Positions 36,627 to 46,804 are shown, counted from the stretch's first letter. The stretch is 64,000 nt of DNA from Nitrospirota bacterium (GCA_040757335.1 JBFLXB010000003.1:53899-117898); one strand, 5' to 3'. Made by a program: numbers and translations. Notes: a model not told the origin generated them from the sequence alone.

Positions 36627-37250
36627 ATGACGGCCCTCTCGTTTCTGCAACAGCCCGACGCGCTCGAGCGCTTTGTGCTCGTGTTTATCCCGATCTTCGT
36701 TGCCGTCGACATCATCGGCGTCTTGCCGACCTACTACGCCCTGACCGCCCCGCTGGCGGCCGACGAGAAACCGCGCATTGCGCGTCTGTCCGTGCTCACG
36801 GCATTTTCCATCACAGTGACGTTCATCTTGCTGGGAAACGCCACGTTCGCCGTCCTGGGCGTGCGCGTCGAAGACTTCATGGTAGCCGGCGGGATTTTGT
36901 TGCTGGTGTTTGCGGTCTCGGATCTGCTGCGCGACGGCACGCGGTCCGCCGCCCCCAAGGCGGCGCAGACGTTGGCGGTGGTGCCGCTGGGCACGCCCAT
37001 CATCGCGGGGCCGGCCACGCTCACCACATCGCTGATGCTCACCGGGACGTACGGCTTCGGGCTGGTCTTCGTGTCGCTGGCGCTCAATCTCCTGCTCGCG
37101 TGGGTGGTGGTGCGGTATGCCGACCAAGTGATCGGCGTATTGGGCGTGAACGGCGCAACGGCCATCGCCAAAGTGTTCTACCTGTTGCTTGCGGCGATCG
37201 CAGTGAGTATGATTCGCCGCGGATTGGCGGGGTTTTTGACCGCCGTCTAG
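36627..37250 (+). CDS. marC: MarC-family (UPF0056) membrane protein
   Basis: FVLVFIPIFVAVDIIGVLPTYYAL... is a 6-TM MarC signature. Confidence 0.75.
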   Translation: MTALSFLQQPDALERFVLVFIPIFVAVDIIGVLPTYYALTAPLAADEKPRIARLSVLTAFSITVTFILLGNATFAVLGVRVEDFMVAGGILLLVFAVSDLLRDGTRSAAPKAAQTLAVVPLGTPIIAGPATLTTSLMLTGTYGFGLVFVSLALNLLLAWVVVRYADQVIGVLGVNGATAIAKVFYLLLAAIAVSMIRRGLAGFLTAV

Positions 37251-37256
37251 GGTCGT

Positions 37257-38633
37257 ATGGAGCCCACTGCGACATATCAAGGCCGCATCGGCGCGTATCC
37301 GTTGACGCCGTCGCAGATCCTGGTCCTCTGGTTTGCCGGGGCGGTGGCGCTGGGGACGATCTGCCTGTTGCTGCCGGTCGCGTCCGCGCCGGACCGCTCG
37401 ATCCGTTTCGTCGACGCGCTGTTCATGGCGACCTCGGCGATCTGCGTGACCGGCCTCGTTGTCAAGGACCTGGCGTCCGATTTGAGCACCACCGGCCAGA
37501 TCATGATTCTCGTCCTGATCCAACTCGGTGGGCTCGGGTATATGGTGCTGTCCACCATCATCATCATCTTGTTGGGCAAGAAAGTCGGTATCAAGCAGCG
37601 TCTCGTGATGCAGGAAGCCCTCAATGTCTTGACCGTCGAAGGGGTGATCGGGCTGCTCAAAGGTATTCTCCTGCTGACGGTCGTCGCAGAGGGACTCGGC
37701 GCGATCCTGCTGGCCATCCGGTTTTCCGTGGAATTCCCGTGGCCTCGTGCAGCCTATCTCGGACTGTTTCACGCAATCTCAGCGTTCAACAACGCGGGGT
37801 TTTCGCTGTTTCCCACGAGTCTGGTTGCGTACCAACGCGATTGGGTGGTCAACTTCCTGGTGACGATCCTGGCGATCATCGGGGGGATCGGCTTTATCGT
37901 GTACCGGGATCTCATCCGCCTGGTCAAGCGGGAGGTTTTTCGGCTGACGGTCCACTCCTGGATGGTGTTGAGCATCACGGCGGCGTTGATTGTCGGCGGC
38001 ACCTTGCTGTTTCTGGCGCTGGAAGGGGGAAACCCCAAGACGCTTGGCTCCCTTCCGCTCAGGGCTCAAGTCTTGGTGTCATATTTTCACTCGGTCACCG
38101 CGAGGACGCTGGGATTCAACACGATCGACATTGGTGCCTGCACCGGAGCCACGTTGTACCTCTTGGTGCTGTTGATGTTCATCGGCGCCTCGCCGGGCGG
38201 AACCGGCGGCGGGGTCAAAACCTCGACGTTCGGGACCATGGTGGTCGGCGTGTGGGCGGGCATTGTGGGGCGGAGTGATGTCACCGCGTTTCATCGTCGG
38301 ATTCCGCAAGAGACCGTCATCCGGGCGTTCTCCGTGGCGTTGTTGGCGTTCGCGCTGGTCACGGGCGTGACACTTATTCTTCAGGTCAGCGACCGCCAAG
38401 ACTTCCTGCGCACGTTGTTCGAGTCCGCCTCCGCGTTCGGCACGGTGGGTTTGTCGACCGGTGACGGCGGGGTGTTGAGCTTTTCGGCGCTGTTTACGGA
38501 CTTCGGTAAGCTGATGGTCGTCCTGACGATGCTCGTCGGACGAATCGGTCCGCTGACCGTCAGCGTCGCCTTGGTGCGACTGGAGGAAACGCGCCGATTT
38601 CGGTATCCTCCGGAACGCGTCCTTATCGGGTAG
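37257..38633 (+). CDS. ktrB: Trk/Ktr-type K+ transporter membrane subunit
   Basis: Four MPM repeats with selectivity-filter-like glycines (LIQLGGLGY, AFNNAGFSL, GASPGGTGGGV). Confidence 0.85.
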   Translation: MEPTATYQGRIGAYPLTPSQILVLWFAGAVALGTICLLLPVASAPDRSIRFVDALFMATSAICVTGLVVKDLASDLSTTGQIMILVLIQLGGLGYMVLSTIIIILLGKKVGIKQRLVMQEALNVLTVEGVIGLLKGILLLTVVAEGLGAILLAIRFSVEFPWPRAAYLGLFHAISAFNNAGFSLFPTSLVAYQRDWVVNFLVTILAIIGGIGFIVYRDLIRLVKREVFRLTVHSWMVLSITAALIVGGTLLFLALEGGNPKTLGSLPLRAQVLVSYFHSVTARTLGFNTIDIGACTGATLYLLVLLMFIGASPGGTGGGVKTSTFGTMVVGVWAGIVGRSDVTAFHRRIPQETVIRAFSVALLAFALVTGVTLILQVSDRQDFLRTLFESASAFGTVGLSTGDGGVLSFSALFTDFGKLMVVLTMLVGRIGPLTVSVALVRLEETRRFRYPPERVLIG

Positions 38634-38642
38634 GAGCACACG

Positions 38643-39332
38643 ATGGCTCGTCAATTTGCTGTAATCGGCCTTGGGCGGTTCGGGTACAGCGTCGCAGAAA
38701 CGCTCATCAAGAAAGGCTACGAGGTGCTGGCCATCGACAGCAACGAGGACCAGATCGAGGCCGTGAGCGACTTTGCGACCTACGCGGTGCAGTGCGACGC
38801 CACGGACGAACGTGCGCTCAAAGCGGTCAGCATTCAGAACGTCGACGTTGCGGTGGTGAGCATCGGGGAGAACATCGAGGCAAGCATTCTGATCGTCATG
38901 ACGCTCAAGGAACTGGGGGTCAAGGAGATCATTGCCAAGGCCGTGACCCCGCTGCACGGGAAGATCCTGGCCAACATGGGCGTGACGGAAGTGATCTATC
39001 CGGAACGGGACGCGGCGATCCGGCTCGCGCACCGCCTCATTGCTCCGAACGTGCTCGAGTACCTCGAACTTGCGCAGGGTTACAGTATCGAAGAGATCGA
39101 GGTGCCGGGGCAGTTCGTGGGCAAGCCGCTGAAAGAAGCCTCGATCCGGACCTCCTACGGCATCAACGTCATTGCGATCAAGCGCCGCGTCACCAAGCTC
39201 GTTCGCGGGGAGTGGAAGAGCGTCGAGGAGATGAACGTCAACCCCGACGCGGAGGACATCCTCCAGAAGGGCGACGTCATGGTTATTGTTGGCAAAGAGG
39301 AGGACTTAGACCGTCTTTCCAAATTAGATTGA
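38643..39332 (+). CDS. ktrA: Trk/Ktr K+ uptake regulatory subunit (RCK_N + RCK_C)
   Basis: Rossmann motif FAVIGLGRFGYSVAETL and a C-terminal TrkA-C domain. Confidence 0.85.
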   Translation: MARQFAVIGLGRFGYSVAETLIKKGYEVLAIDSNEDQIEAVSDFATYAVQCDATDERALKAVSIQNVDVAVVSIGENIEASILIVMTLKELGVKEIIAKAVTPLHGKILANMGVTEVIYPERDAAIRLAHRLIAPNVLEYLELAQGYSIEEIEVPGQFVGKPLKEASIRTSYGINVIAIKRRVTKLVRGEWKSVEEMNVNPDAEDILQKGDVMVIVGKEEDLDRLSKLD

Positions 39333-39387
39333 CCGCCATTTTTGCAGTTTCTATCCCCACCCTGCAGTCGTAGCCCTAGAAGTCGAC

Positions 39388-39504
39388 ACTCGCGCGCCCG
39401 TTCAGGAACGCGTCAGATGCAAGGCGGAGCGAGCGCCCGCACCGCAGCGTACTGGGTCGTACGTGAGGAGCGGACGCGCAGCGACAACGCAGCAGATGAT
39501 CGTT
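39388..39504. repeat. interspersed ~118-bp TIR-bearing repeat, copy C (minus orientation)
   Basis: cccgttcaggaacgcgtcagatgcaaggcgg...cgcagcagatgatcgttcatggacggg is the reverse complement of the copy B/D/E consensus. Confidence 0.8.
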
Positions 39505-39563
39505 CATGGACGGGTGCTGCCTAGGCCCTTCGCCCCAAGGCCGCGGTTAGGTCCTTTAGCCGC

Positions 39564-39592
39564 TTGACTGTCGAAAATACGGCGTGTTACAA
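39564..39592 (+). promoter_or_regulatory. weak candidate promoter (TTGACT-N17-TTACAA) for the nuo operon
   Basis: Good -35 element but a poor -10. Lies between repeat copy C and nuoA. Confidence 0.2.
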
Positions 39593-39627
39593 CGTCCGCT
39601 CCGGTAAAAAAATCAAGGCCCTATGGC

Positions 39628-40017
39628 GTGGCGATGACTCCGGATTCCGTGCTCTCTACATACCTGGCGAACTACGGTCCAGTCGTCATCTTTATGGCGA
39701 TTGCGGCGGCGTTCGGGGCCGGGACGCTGGTCTTCAGCTACCTGATCCACCCGCGGATCTACTCCACCGAGAAGCTTTCGGCGTACGAGTGCGGGAGTGA
39801 GCCGATTTCCGACGCACGGATGCCGTTTCCGGTCCGCTACTACATCATCGCCATGTTGTTCGTGATCTTCGACGTGGAACTCGTGTTTCTCTATCCCTGG
39901 GCCGTGGCGTTCGACAAAATCGGCCTGTTCGGGTTGATCGAGATGATCATCTTCATCCTGCTGTTCGTCGCGGCCTACGCGTACGCCTGGCGCAAGGGAG
40001 CGTTGGAATGGGATTGA
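39628..40017 (+). CDS. nuoA: NADH-quinone oxidoreductase subunit A
   Basis: 3-TM protein with YECG and PFPVRYY motifs. Confidence 0.85.
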   Translation: MAMTPDSVLSTYLANYGPVVIFMAIAAAFGAGTLVFSYLIHPRIYSTEKLSAYECGSEPISDARMPFPVRYYIIAMLFVIFDVELVFLYPWAVAFDKIGLFGLIEMIIFILLFVAAYAYAWRKGALEWD

Positions 40018-40538
40018 TCAACATCACGCCGAGCGCGGGCGACGGCAAGACCGGGGACGTGGGGTTCGTCACCCTCAAGCTGGAGCAGGCCGTCAACTGG
40101 GCCCGCAAAGGCTCGTTGTGGCCCATGACGTTTGGGCTGGCGTGCTGCGCCATCGAGATGATCGCGGCGGTGTCGTCGCGTTACGACATGGACCGCTACG
40201 GCGCCGGGGTGTTTCGCGCCTCGCCGCGACAATCCGACCTGATGATCGTCGCCGGCACGGTTTGCCGCCGCATGGCGCCCGTGATCCGCAAGGTGTACGA
40301 CCAGATGCCCGAGCCCAAATACGTGATCGCGATGGGCTCGTGCGCCACGTCGGGCAACATCTACAACAGCTACCCGGTGGTCCAGGGCGTTGACCGCTTC
40401 GTGCCGGTGGATATCTACGTGCCGGGTTGCCCGCCGACGCCGGAGGCGTTGTTCGACGGGATTTTGCGGCTGCAAGAGAAGATCATGAAGCAGCGGGTGT
40501 TTGTTCAACGCGAAACATACGGGGCCATTAAAGCCTGA
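40008..40538 (+). CDS. nuoB: NADH-quinone oxidoreductase subunit B
   Basis: Contains the [13 protein letters not shown] and PGCPP N2-cluster ligand motifs. Confidence 0.9.
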   Translation: MGLINITPSAGDGKTGDVGFVTLKLEQAVNWARKGSLWPMTFGLACCAIEMIAAVSSRYDMDRYGAGVFRASPRQSDLMIVAGTVCRRMAPVIRKVYDQMPEPKYVIAMGSCATSGNIYNSYPVVQGVDRFVPVDIYVPGCPPTPEALFDGILRLQEKIMKQRVFVQRETYGAIKA

Positions 40539-41053
40539 TGCATCCGGTTGCTGAACAGATCAAAGCCAAGTTCCCCGAGACGTTCGTGCGGGCCACGGAG
40601 TTTCGCGGGGATTGGGCGGTGGAGGTCACGCGTGAAGGGCTGTTGGAAGTCGCCCGGTTTTTGCGCCACGACCCCGCGATGGACTACGACTACATCGTAC
40701 ACGTCAGCTCCGTGGACTGGCTCGGCGAGCCCGTGCGGTTCGAAGTGGTGTGGGAGATTTACTCCGTACGGCGCCGGCACCGGATTCGACTCAAGACGCG
40801 CGTGCCCGAATCCGACCCGGTCGTGGAGTCGCTGACCGGGTTCTGGAAGGGCTGTGAGTTCATGGAGCGCGAAGTGTACGACATGATGGGCATCCGCTTC
40901 GCGCATCACCCGGACCATCGCCGAATCCTGATGCCCGATGACTACCCCGAGGGGTACCCCCTGCGCAAGGATTTCCCGCTGGTGGGCAAGGGTTGGCGCG
41001 ACACGTTTGACTTCATGGAAGGCGGCGCCCCGTCGCCGCCGCGTAACCCATGA
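40538..41053 (+). CDS. nuoC: NADH-quinone oxidoreductase subunit C (30 kDa)
   Basis: EREVYDMMGIRFAHHPD...PLRKDFP motif. ATGA overlap with nuoB. Confidence 0.85.
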   Translation: MHPVAEQIKAKFPETFVRATEFRGDWAVEVTREGLLEVARFLRHDPAMDYDYIVHVSSVDWLGEPVRFEVVWEIYSVRRRHRIRLKTRVPESDPVVESLTGFWKGCEFMEREVYDMMGIRFAHHPDHRRILMPDDYPEGYPLRKDFPLVGKGWRDTFDFMEGGAPSPPRNP

Positions 41054-42270
41054 CCACGCCGGTCCAAACTCCCCCTCACTCCCAGAAAAAGCTGCCGCTG
41101 CTGCGGACCGAAGAACTCATGCTCAACATGGGACCGCAGCACCCCAGTACCCACGGCGTGTTGAAGGTCGTGCTGGAGTTGGAAGGCGAGCGGATCATGA
41201 AGGCCACGCCGGTGATGGGCTTCCTGCATCGTGGTGTGGAAAAGCTCGCCGAAGACGGAACCTATCACCAGTTCATCCCGCACACGGATCGGCTCGACTA
41301 CGTGTGCGCGATGTACAACAACTTTGCCTACGTCCGGGCCGTTGAGAAGCTCATGGGGATCACGGTCCCTCCGCGCGCCGAATACCTCCGTACCGTCGTC
41401 GCCGAAGTGCAACGGATCATCGGGCATCTGTTCTGGCTCGGCACCCAGGCCCTCGACATCGGCGCGATGACCGTGTTCTTCTACACGTTTCGCGACCGCG
41501 AGGAGCTGCTCGATTTCTTCGACAAGCTGTGCGGCGCGCGGCTGACCACGAGTTGGTATCGGATCGGCGGGGTGGAGCGCGACTTTACGCAGGATCTGAT
41601 CGACCAGCTCTACGCGTTCATCAAGACCTTTCCGCCCAAGATCGAGGAGTACAACGTGCTTCTCGAAAAGAACCGGATCTGGATGGCGCGCACCAGGGGA
41701 ATCGCCGTGATCTCGGCCGAAGACGCGTTGAGTTTCGGCCTGTCCGGTCCCACGTTGCGCGGCTCCGGGGTGGAGTACGATCTGCGCAAGGCCGAGCCCT
41801 ACGGCGCGTACGCCGACGTGGAATGGAGCGTGCCGATCGGCACCAACGGCGATACCTACGACCGGTATTGGGTGCGCATCGAGGAACTCAAAGAGAGCAG
41901 CAAAATCATCCGGCAGTGTCTGGACAGGCTGCCGGACGGGCCCATCATGGCCGATGTGCCTCAGGTCGTGGCGCCGACCAAGGACCGGGTGTTCAACAAC
42001 CTTGAGAGCATGATCATGCAGTTCAAGTTCTTTTCCGTGGGCTTTCCCACGCCCAAGGGGGAGATCTACTGTGGGACCGAGGCGCACAAGGGCGAACTGG
42101 GCTTCTACATCGTCAGCAACGGCGAGGGCAAGCCGTACCGGCTCAAGATCCGCGCGCCCTCGTTCATCCATATGGGCGCGTTCGACTATATGTCGCGGGG
42201 CTATATGATCGCCGATATCGTCACGATTTTTGGGACGTATGACATTGTTATGGGGGAGTGCGACCGGTGA
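41050..42270 (+). CDS. nuoD: NADH-quinone oxidoreductase subunit D (49 kDa)
   Basis: MLNMGPQHPSTHGVL...C-terminal DIVMGECDR. Confidence 0.9.
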   Translation: MTTPVQTPPHSQKKLPLLRTEELMLNMGPQHPSTHGVLKVVLELEGERIMKATPVMGFLHRGVEKLAEDGTYHQFIPHTDRLDYVCAMYNNFAYVRAVEKLMGITVPPRAEYLRTVVAEVQRIIGHLFWLGTQALDIGAMTVFFYTFRDREELLDFFDKLCGARLTTSWYRIGGVERDFTQDLIDQLYAFIKTFPPKIEEYNVLLEKNRIWMARTRGIAVISAEDALSFGLSGPTLRGSGVEYDLRKAEPYGAYADVEWSVPIGTNGDTYDRYWVRIEELKESSKIIRQCLDRLPDGPIMADVPQVVAPTKDRVFNNLESMIMQFKFFSVGFPTPKGEIYCGTEAHKGELGFYIVSNGEGKPYRLKIRAPSFIHMGAFDYMSRGYMIADIVTIFGTYDIVMGECDR

Positions 42271-42272
42271 TC

Positions 42273-42393
42273 GCCTGTCCATCAACGGCCATCTGCGGCG
42301 TTGTCGCTGCGCGTCCGCTCCTCACGTACGCACCCAGTACGCTGCGGTGCGGGCGCTCGCTCCGCCTTGCATCTGGCGCGTTGCTGAACAGGC
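42273..42393. repeat. interspersed ~118-bp TIR-bearing repeat, copy D (plus orientation)
   Basis: Begins 3 nt after the nuoD stop. cgcctgtccatcaacgg...gcgttgctgaacaggcg. Confidence 0.8.
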
Positions 42394-42414
42394 GCCGCTA
42401 CGCGGATTGGAAAG

Positions 42415-45189
42415 ATGGCTGAAGAGTTAATTTCAATTACCACGGACAAACCTGCGGTCCAGCTCACGATCGACAACGAAGTCGTCAATGTGCCGGAGGG
42501 GACGTCGATCTACGACGCGATCGTGGGGATGGGCAAGACTATCCCGAGCATGTGTTACCACTACACGTTCAATCCCTTTGGGTCCTGCGGCGTGTGTCTG
42601 GTCGAGGTCGAGGGGAAGAAGGCGCCGGTGCGATCGTGTACGTCGCCGGTTGCCGCGGGAATGATCGTGCGCGTGGACACCAAGGCCATGTTCGACGCGC
42701 GCAAAAAGGCGGTCGAGAAACACCTGCAGACGCATCCGCTCGATTGCCCGGTGTGCGACGCGGACGGACACTGCGAGCTGCAGGACATGAGCTTCAACTT
42801 CGGCATCGTCCAGATCGGCGAGGTCAAGCAAAAGGGGTTGCCCGAAGATCGGCGCAGCACCGTGCTCGATTTCAACATGAACCGGTGTATCCTGTGCGCG
42901 CAATGCATCAACATCTGCAAAGAAGTGGTCATGGTGGACGCCCTGCAGTTTTTCAAGAAGGGCGGCTTCACGCACGTGGTGGCCAAGGGCGACAAGGCCC
43001 TGGAGTGCGAATTTTGCGGCGACTGCCTGGCGGTGTGCCCGGTGGGCGCGATCACCAACAAGTTCTCCAAGTATCTCTACAAACCGTGGCAGCTCAAGCG
43101 GACCGTGACCGCGTGCAACTACTGCGCGGACGGCTGCCAGATGCGCGTCGAGGTCAAGGACGACGCGGTGGTGCGCGTGACGTCGCTGCTCTCCTGGAAG
43201 GACAAGTGGGACGACCACACTGCGACTGTGGACGGCCACGGCGGGTTGTGCGTCAGGGGGAGGTTCGGGTTCGCGTACATCAATAGCCCCGAGCGCCTGA
43301 AGAAACCGCTGATTCGCAAGGACGGCCGACTCGTGGAGGCGTCGTGGTTCGAATCGACCAACGAAGTCGTCAGCCGGCTGAAGGCGATCAAGGCCCAACA
43401 CGGCCCCGACGCCGTCGCCGGGTTGATCACCGCCCGGTGTACGAACGAGGATCTCTACGCGTTCCAGCGGTTCATGCGGCAGGTGGTGGGCACGAATCAA
43501 GTGGATTCGAGCAGCCGCTACGGCCACGCGGTCTACGTGGAGGCGATGGAGCGCGCGTTGGGCGTGGTGCAGCCCACGGTCTCGTTCCGCGACCTCACGC
43601 TCGCGCGCGCGATTCTGGTCGTCGGGTCGGACGTGACCGAGACCAATCCCATCACGGCGCTGCGGATCAAGGACGCGTTCAGCAATTTCCACAGCCAGTT
43701 GATCGTCGCGCATTCGATGCAGACCAATTTGGCCAAGCTGGCGCCGTATCCCTATCAAATTGCGGTGGCTTCGGAGGGTGCATTCATCCAGGGCTTGACC
43801 AAGGCCGTGCTGGAGGGGGAATTGGTCCCGTCCCGCGTCGTCAATGAGCACGGGACGGCGCTGAGTGCGCTCAAAACCGCGGTTGGGACTCTGTCGTGGG
43901 ATGCGCTGTGTGCCGCAACCGGCCTCTCTCGCGAGGCGTTCACCGAAGCCGCCCGAGTCTTCATGTCGGACGGTTCGCGCGTGATCGTGCTCGGCGAGCA
44001 GATCGTGGATCGGCCGGACGCGTACGCCAACGTGTTGCGGGTCGCCGACCTCATGCTGGCCGCCGGGATGGTGGGACAACGTGGTTCGGGCGTGCTGCGC
44101 TTGTGTGAAGAGAACAACGAGCGCGGCGCGGTGGCGGTGGGCGCGATGGCGGATCGGCTGCCCGGCGGATCCCGGTACGGCGACGTTGCGGCGCGGGCCA
44201 AAGTCGAGACCGCGTGGGGCGGCGGGCTGCCGAACGGTGGGGCGACGCTGACCGAGATTCTCGACGGGATCCGCGCGGGCCGAATCAAGGCGTTGTACGC
44301 CGTGGGCGAAAACCCGTTGGGGACGTTGCCCTCGAATGCGGACGTGCGCGACGCGTTGACGAAGCTCGATCTGGTGATCGTGCAGGACGCGTTTCTGACC
44401 GAAATGGGTGACGTCGCCCACATCGTGCTACCGGCCGCACTGGCGGCCGAGAAGGACGGGACGTTCCTGGACGGACAGGGGAAACTGCAGCCGGTCGTAC
44501 GGGCGCTGGATGCTCCGGGTGAGGCTCGAAGTGATTGGGAGATTTTTTCGGAACTGGGCCAGCTCATGGGCGCGCCGTTCGATTACACGGCGCCGGAGGA
44601 AATCCGGCGCGAATTGCTCCAGATCGCGCCGGGGGTGTTCGAGATGCCGACGCCGGTCGCGCGGCGCGACGACCGGGCGACCGACCTGACGGCTCGGTAC
44701 GCGCAGCCAGCAGTGGCTGGCGACGCGCCCAGCAAGGAGTATCCCTTCGACCTGTCGCTCTACCAGGTGCTCTATCATTCGGGCAAGATGTCCACCCGAG
44801 ACAAAGGGCTGCTCGAAATCCATGCCAAGAAGCTGCTACAAATCTCGGCGAAAGACGCCGAAGCGCTGGGCGTCACTGATGGCGGCCGGGTGAAGGTCAC
44901 CTCGCCGTATGGGTCGGTCGAGGTCGGCGTCGAAATCAGCCTCGACCTCCCGAACGGATCGTGTCGGTTTCCCGAACACTTCAACGACCCGGCAGTGAGA
45001 GATCTGTTGCCAATGCGCGTAGATCCGGTGAGCAAGGCGCCGGTGTTCAAGTCGGGACGGGTGCGGATCGAGAAAGTCGCCCCCCCACCCGGCCCTCCCC
45101 CGCAAGGGGGGAGGGTGGAAAATCACACCGTGACCATTCCCTCCCCCTTGACGGGGGAGGGCGAGGGAGGGGGTGTGTCCGGCGCATGA
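42415..45189 (+). CDS. nuoG: NADH-quinone oxidoreductase subunit G-like (2Fe-2S, 4Fe-4S, molybdopterin-oxidoreductase fold)
   Basis: N-terminal 2Fe-2S region (CYHYTFNPFGSCGVCLV), His-ligated HPLDCPVCDADGHC, then two 4Fe-4S motifs. Long MoCo-like domain. The last ~35 codons are encoded by GC hairpin repeats. Confidence 0.8.
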   Translation: MAEELISITTDKPAVQLTIDNEVVNVPEGTSIYDAIVGMGKTIPSMCYHYTFNPFGSCGVCLVEVEGKKAPVRSCTSPVAAGMIVRVDTKAMFDARKKAVEKHLQTHPLDCPVCDADGHCELQDMSFNFGIVQIGEVKQKGLPEDRRSTVLDFNMNRCILCAQCINICKEVVMVDALQFFKKGGFTHVVAKGDKALECEFCGDCLAVCPVGAITNKFSKYLYKPWQLKRTVTACNYCADGCQMRVEVKDDAVVRVTSLLSWKDKWDDHTATVDGHGGLCVRGRFGFAYINSPERLKKPLIRKDGRLVEASWFESTNEVVSRLKAIKAQHGPDAVAGLITARCTNEDLYAFQRFMRQVVGTNQVDSSSRYGHAVYVEAMERALGVVQPTVSFRDLTLARAILVVGSDVTETNPITALRIKDAFSNFHSQLIVAHSMQTNLAKLAPYPYQIAVASEGAFIQGLTKAVLEGELVPSRVVNEHGTALSALKTAVGTLSWDALCAATGLSREAFTEAARVFMSDGSRVIVLGEQIVDRPDAYANVLRVADLMLAAGMVGQRGSGVLRLCEENNERGAVAVGAMADRLPGGSRYGDVAARAKVETAWGGGLPNGGATLTEILDGIRAGRIKALYAVGENPLGTLPSNADVRDALTKLDLVIVQDAFLTEMGDVAHIVLPAALAAEKDGTFLDGQGKLQPVVRALDAPGEARSDWEIFSELGQLMGAPFDYTAPEEIRRELLQIAPGVFEMPTPVARRDDRATDLTARYAQPAVAGDAPSKEYPFDLSLYQVLYHSGKMSTRDKGLLEIHAKKLLQISAKDAEALGVTDGGRVKVTSPYGSVEVGVEISLDLPNGSCRFPEHFNDPAVRDLLPMRVDPVSKAPVFKSGRVRIEKVAPPPGPPPQGGRVENHTVTIPSPLTGEGEGGGVSGA
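45093..45161. repeat. two 23-nt GC hairpins with an identical 9-bp stem (ccctccccc/gggggaggg) embedded in the nuoG 3' end
   Basis: 45093-45115 ccctccccc-gcaag-gggggaggg and 45139-45161 ccctccccc-ttgac-gggggaggg. Confidence 0.6.
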
Positions 45190-45737
45190 CGCTCAAGGAA
45201 CTTTTCGATAAGGCGGTGATGACCGAGATCTTGGACGGCTTGAAGACCACGTTCAAGCACATGTTCGTGAAGCCCGTGACCTTCCAGTATCCGCACGAGA
45301 AACGCGAGATACCCGACACGCATCGGGGCGCGCTGTGCCTGTTGCGGTACGACGACGGCAAGGAACGCTGCGTGGGCTGCGATCTCTGCGAGGCGGCCTG
45401 CCCCTCGCGCTGTATCAAAGTCGTGAGCGAAGAGGACCCCGAGACCCCGCTGCGCCGGATCGCGACGGAATTTTATATCGACATCACCAAGTGCGTGTTT
45501 TGTGGGTTCTGCGTGGAGGCGTGCCCGGTCAATGCGCTCGGCATGACCAAGATGTACGAGTACTCCACGACGAATAAGCGCGATTTGATGTTCGACAAGG
45601 CTCGGCTCTACCAGATCGGCGATCAGTTGCTCGCCGACGCCAAGAAGTACCTCGTTGCGCACCACCAGGAAGAGAGCGACGAGGCCGCCCGCCAGTACCG
45701 CTACAAGTTCCCCTACGCCACCGCCAGGAAGGGCTGA
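45186..45737 (+). CDS. nuoI: NADH-quinone oxidoreductase subunit I (2x[4Fe-4S] ferredoxin)
   Basis: CVGCDLCEAACP and CVFCGFCVEACP. ATGA overlap with nuoG. Confidence 0.85.
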   Translation: MTLKELFDKAVMTEILDGLKTTFKHMFVKPVTFQYPHEKREIPDTHRGALCLLRYDDGKERCVGCDLCEAACPSRCIKVVSEEDPETPLRRIATEFYIDITKCVFCGFCVEACPVNALGMTKMYEYSTTNKRDLMFDKARLYQIGDQLLADAKKYLVAHHQEESDEAARQYRYKFPYATARKG

Positions 45738-45745
45738 TTGGGCGG

Positions 45746-46378
45746 ATGAGCGCGGTCGCTTTCTACTACCTCGCCGCGGTCACCATTGTGACCGGCGTGC
45801 TCGCCATCACGCTGCGCAGTCCCGTGCACTGCGGCCTGTCGCTGGTCGCGATGCTCATCCACATGGCCGGCTTCTTCGTCCTGCTGAACGCCGAATTCAT
45901 CGCGGCGGTCCAGGTGATCGTGTACGCGGGCGCGATCCTGGTCCTCTATTTATTCGTGATCATGCTCTTGAACCTCAAGAGCGACGAGCGGGTGTTCCAC
46001 AAACGCTATATCGGCATCGGGCTCATCACCATCGCGATCATCACCCAGGTGGCGATCCTGGTATTTCGCTCGCCGTATGCCGGGATGACGGGCGACGCGA
46101 CCCCGGAGGTCGTGCTGGGGGTGGGACAGACCAAGGCGATCGGGATCGTCATGTTCCGCGACTACCTGTTGCCGTTCGAGCTGATCGGCCTCTACCTCCT
46201 CGCAGCGATCGTAGGCGCGATCGTGCTGGCCAAGACGCCCGCGGCATCGGATCGGCCCGCGCTGGCCGAGGGAGACCGGTTGCCGCTTGGGACGGGGGAT
46301 GGCGACGGGTTGCCGAGTGCGGCATCCGAGGAGACAGCGGAGACCGTCGGCGGCCACCATGGAGGCCACGGTCCCTGA
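45746..46378 (+). CDS. nuoJ: NADH-quinone oxidoreductase subunit J
   Basis: 5-TM ND6-like protein with a low-complexity C-terminal tail. Confidence 0.8.
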   Translation: MSAVAFYYLAAVTIVTGVLAITLRSPVHCGLSLVAMLIHMAGFFVLLNAEFIAAVQVIVYAGAILVLYLFVIMLLNLKSDERVFHKRYIGIGLITIAIITQVAILVFRSPYAGMTGDATPEVVLGVGQTKAIGIVMFRDYLLPFELIGLYLLAAIVGAIVLAKTPAASDRPALAEGDRLPLGTGDGDGLPSAASEETAETVGGHHGGHGP

Positions 46379-46683
46379 TGACGATCACGCTGACCCACTA
46401 CCTCGTCGTCAGCACGATCATCTTTTCACTCGGGCTTCTCGGCGTGCTGATCCGCCGCAATTTCATCATCGTGCTCATGGCCGTGGAAATGATGCTCAAC
46501 GCCGCCAATCTCAATCTGGTGGCGTTTTCGCACTACCTCAATTCCCTCACCGGCCAGATGGTCGCATTGTTTACGATCGCCATTGCCGCGGGCGAGGCCG
46601 CGGTGGGGCTCGCCATCATCGTGGTGATTTTCCGCGGCAAGATCGCGACCAATGTGGATCAGATCAATCTCCTGAAATGGTGA
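46378..46683 (+). CDS. nuoK: NADH-quinone oxidoreductase subunit K
   Basis: 101-aa 3-TM ND4L-like protein (LMAVEMMLNAANLNLVAFS). ATGA overlap with nuoJ. Confidence 0.85.
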   Translation: MTITLTHYLVVSTIIFSLGLLGVLIRRNFIIVLMAVEMMLNAANLNLVAFSHYLNSLTGQMVALFTIAIAAGEAAVGLAIIVVIFRGKIATNVDQINLLKW

Positions 46684-46717
46684 GACCGACCTCCGTCAAT
46701 CCCGGAAATCCCCCCAT

Positions 46718-46804
46718 CCCCCCTTTTTCAAAGGGGGGTAGAGGCGGGGCGGCTCCCGTGAATCTGTTGACCCTTCCTAGTATCCCCCCTTTGGAAAAGG
46801 GGGG
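46718..46804. repeat. two 21-nt hairpins (ccccccttt-NNN-aaagggggg) flanked by G-runs, in the nuoK-nuoL spacer
   Basis: 46718-46738 and 46784-46804. The loops are ttc and gga. Confidence 0.6.

Noticed and set aside
45060-45189. Pro/Gly-rich NuoG C-terminal tail as a possible extra domain
   Set aside because: It is encoded by two GC hairpin repeats and is most likely non-functional read-through. It is reported as a repeat and a finding instead.
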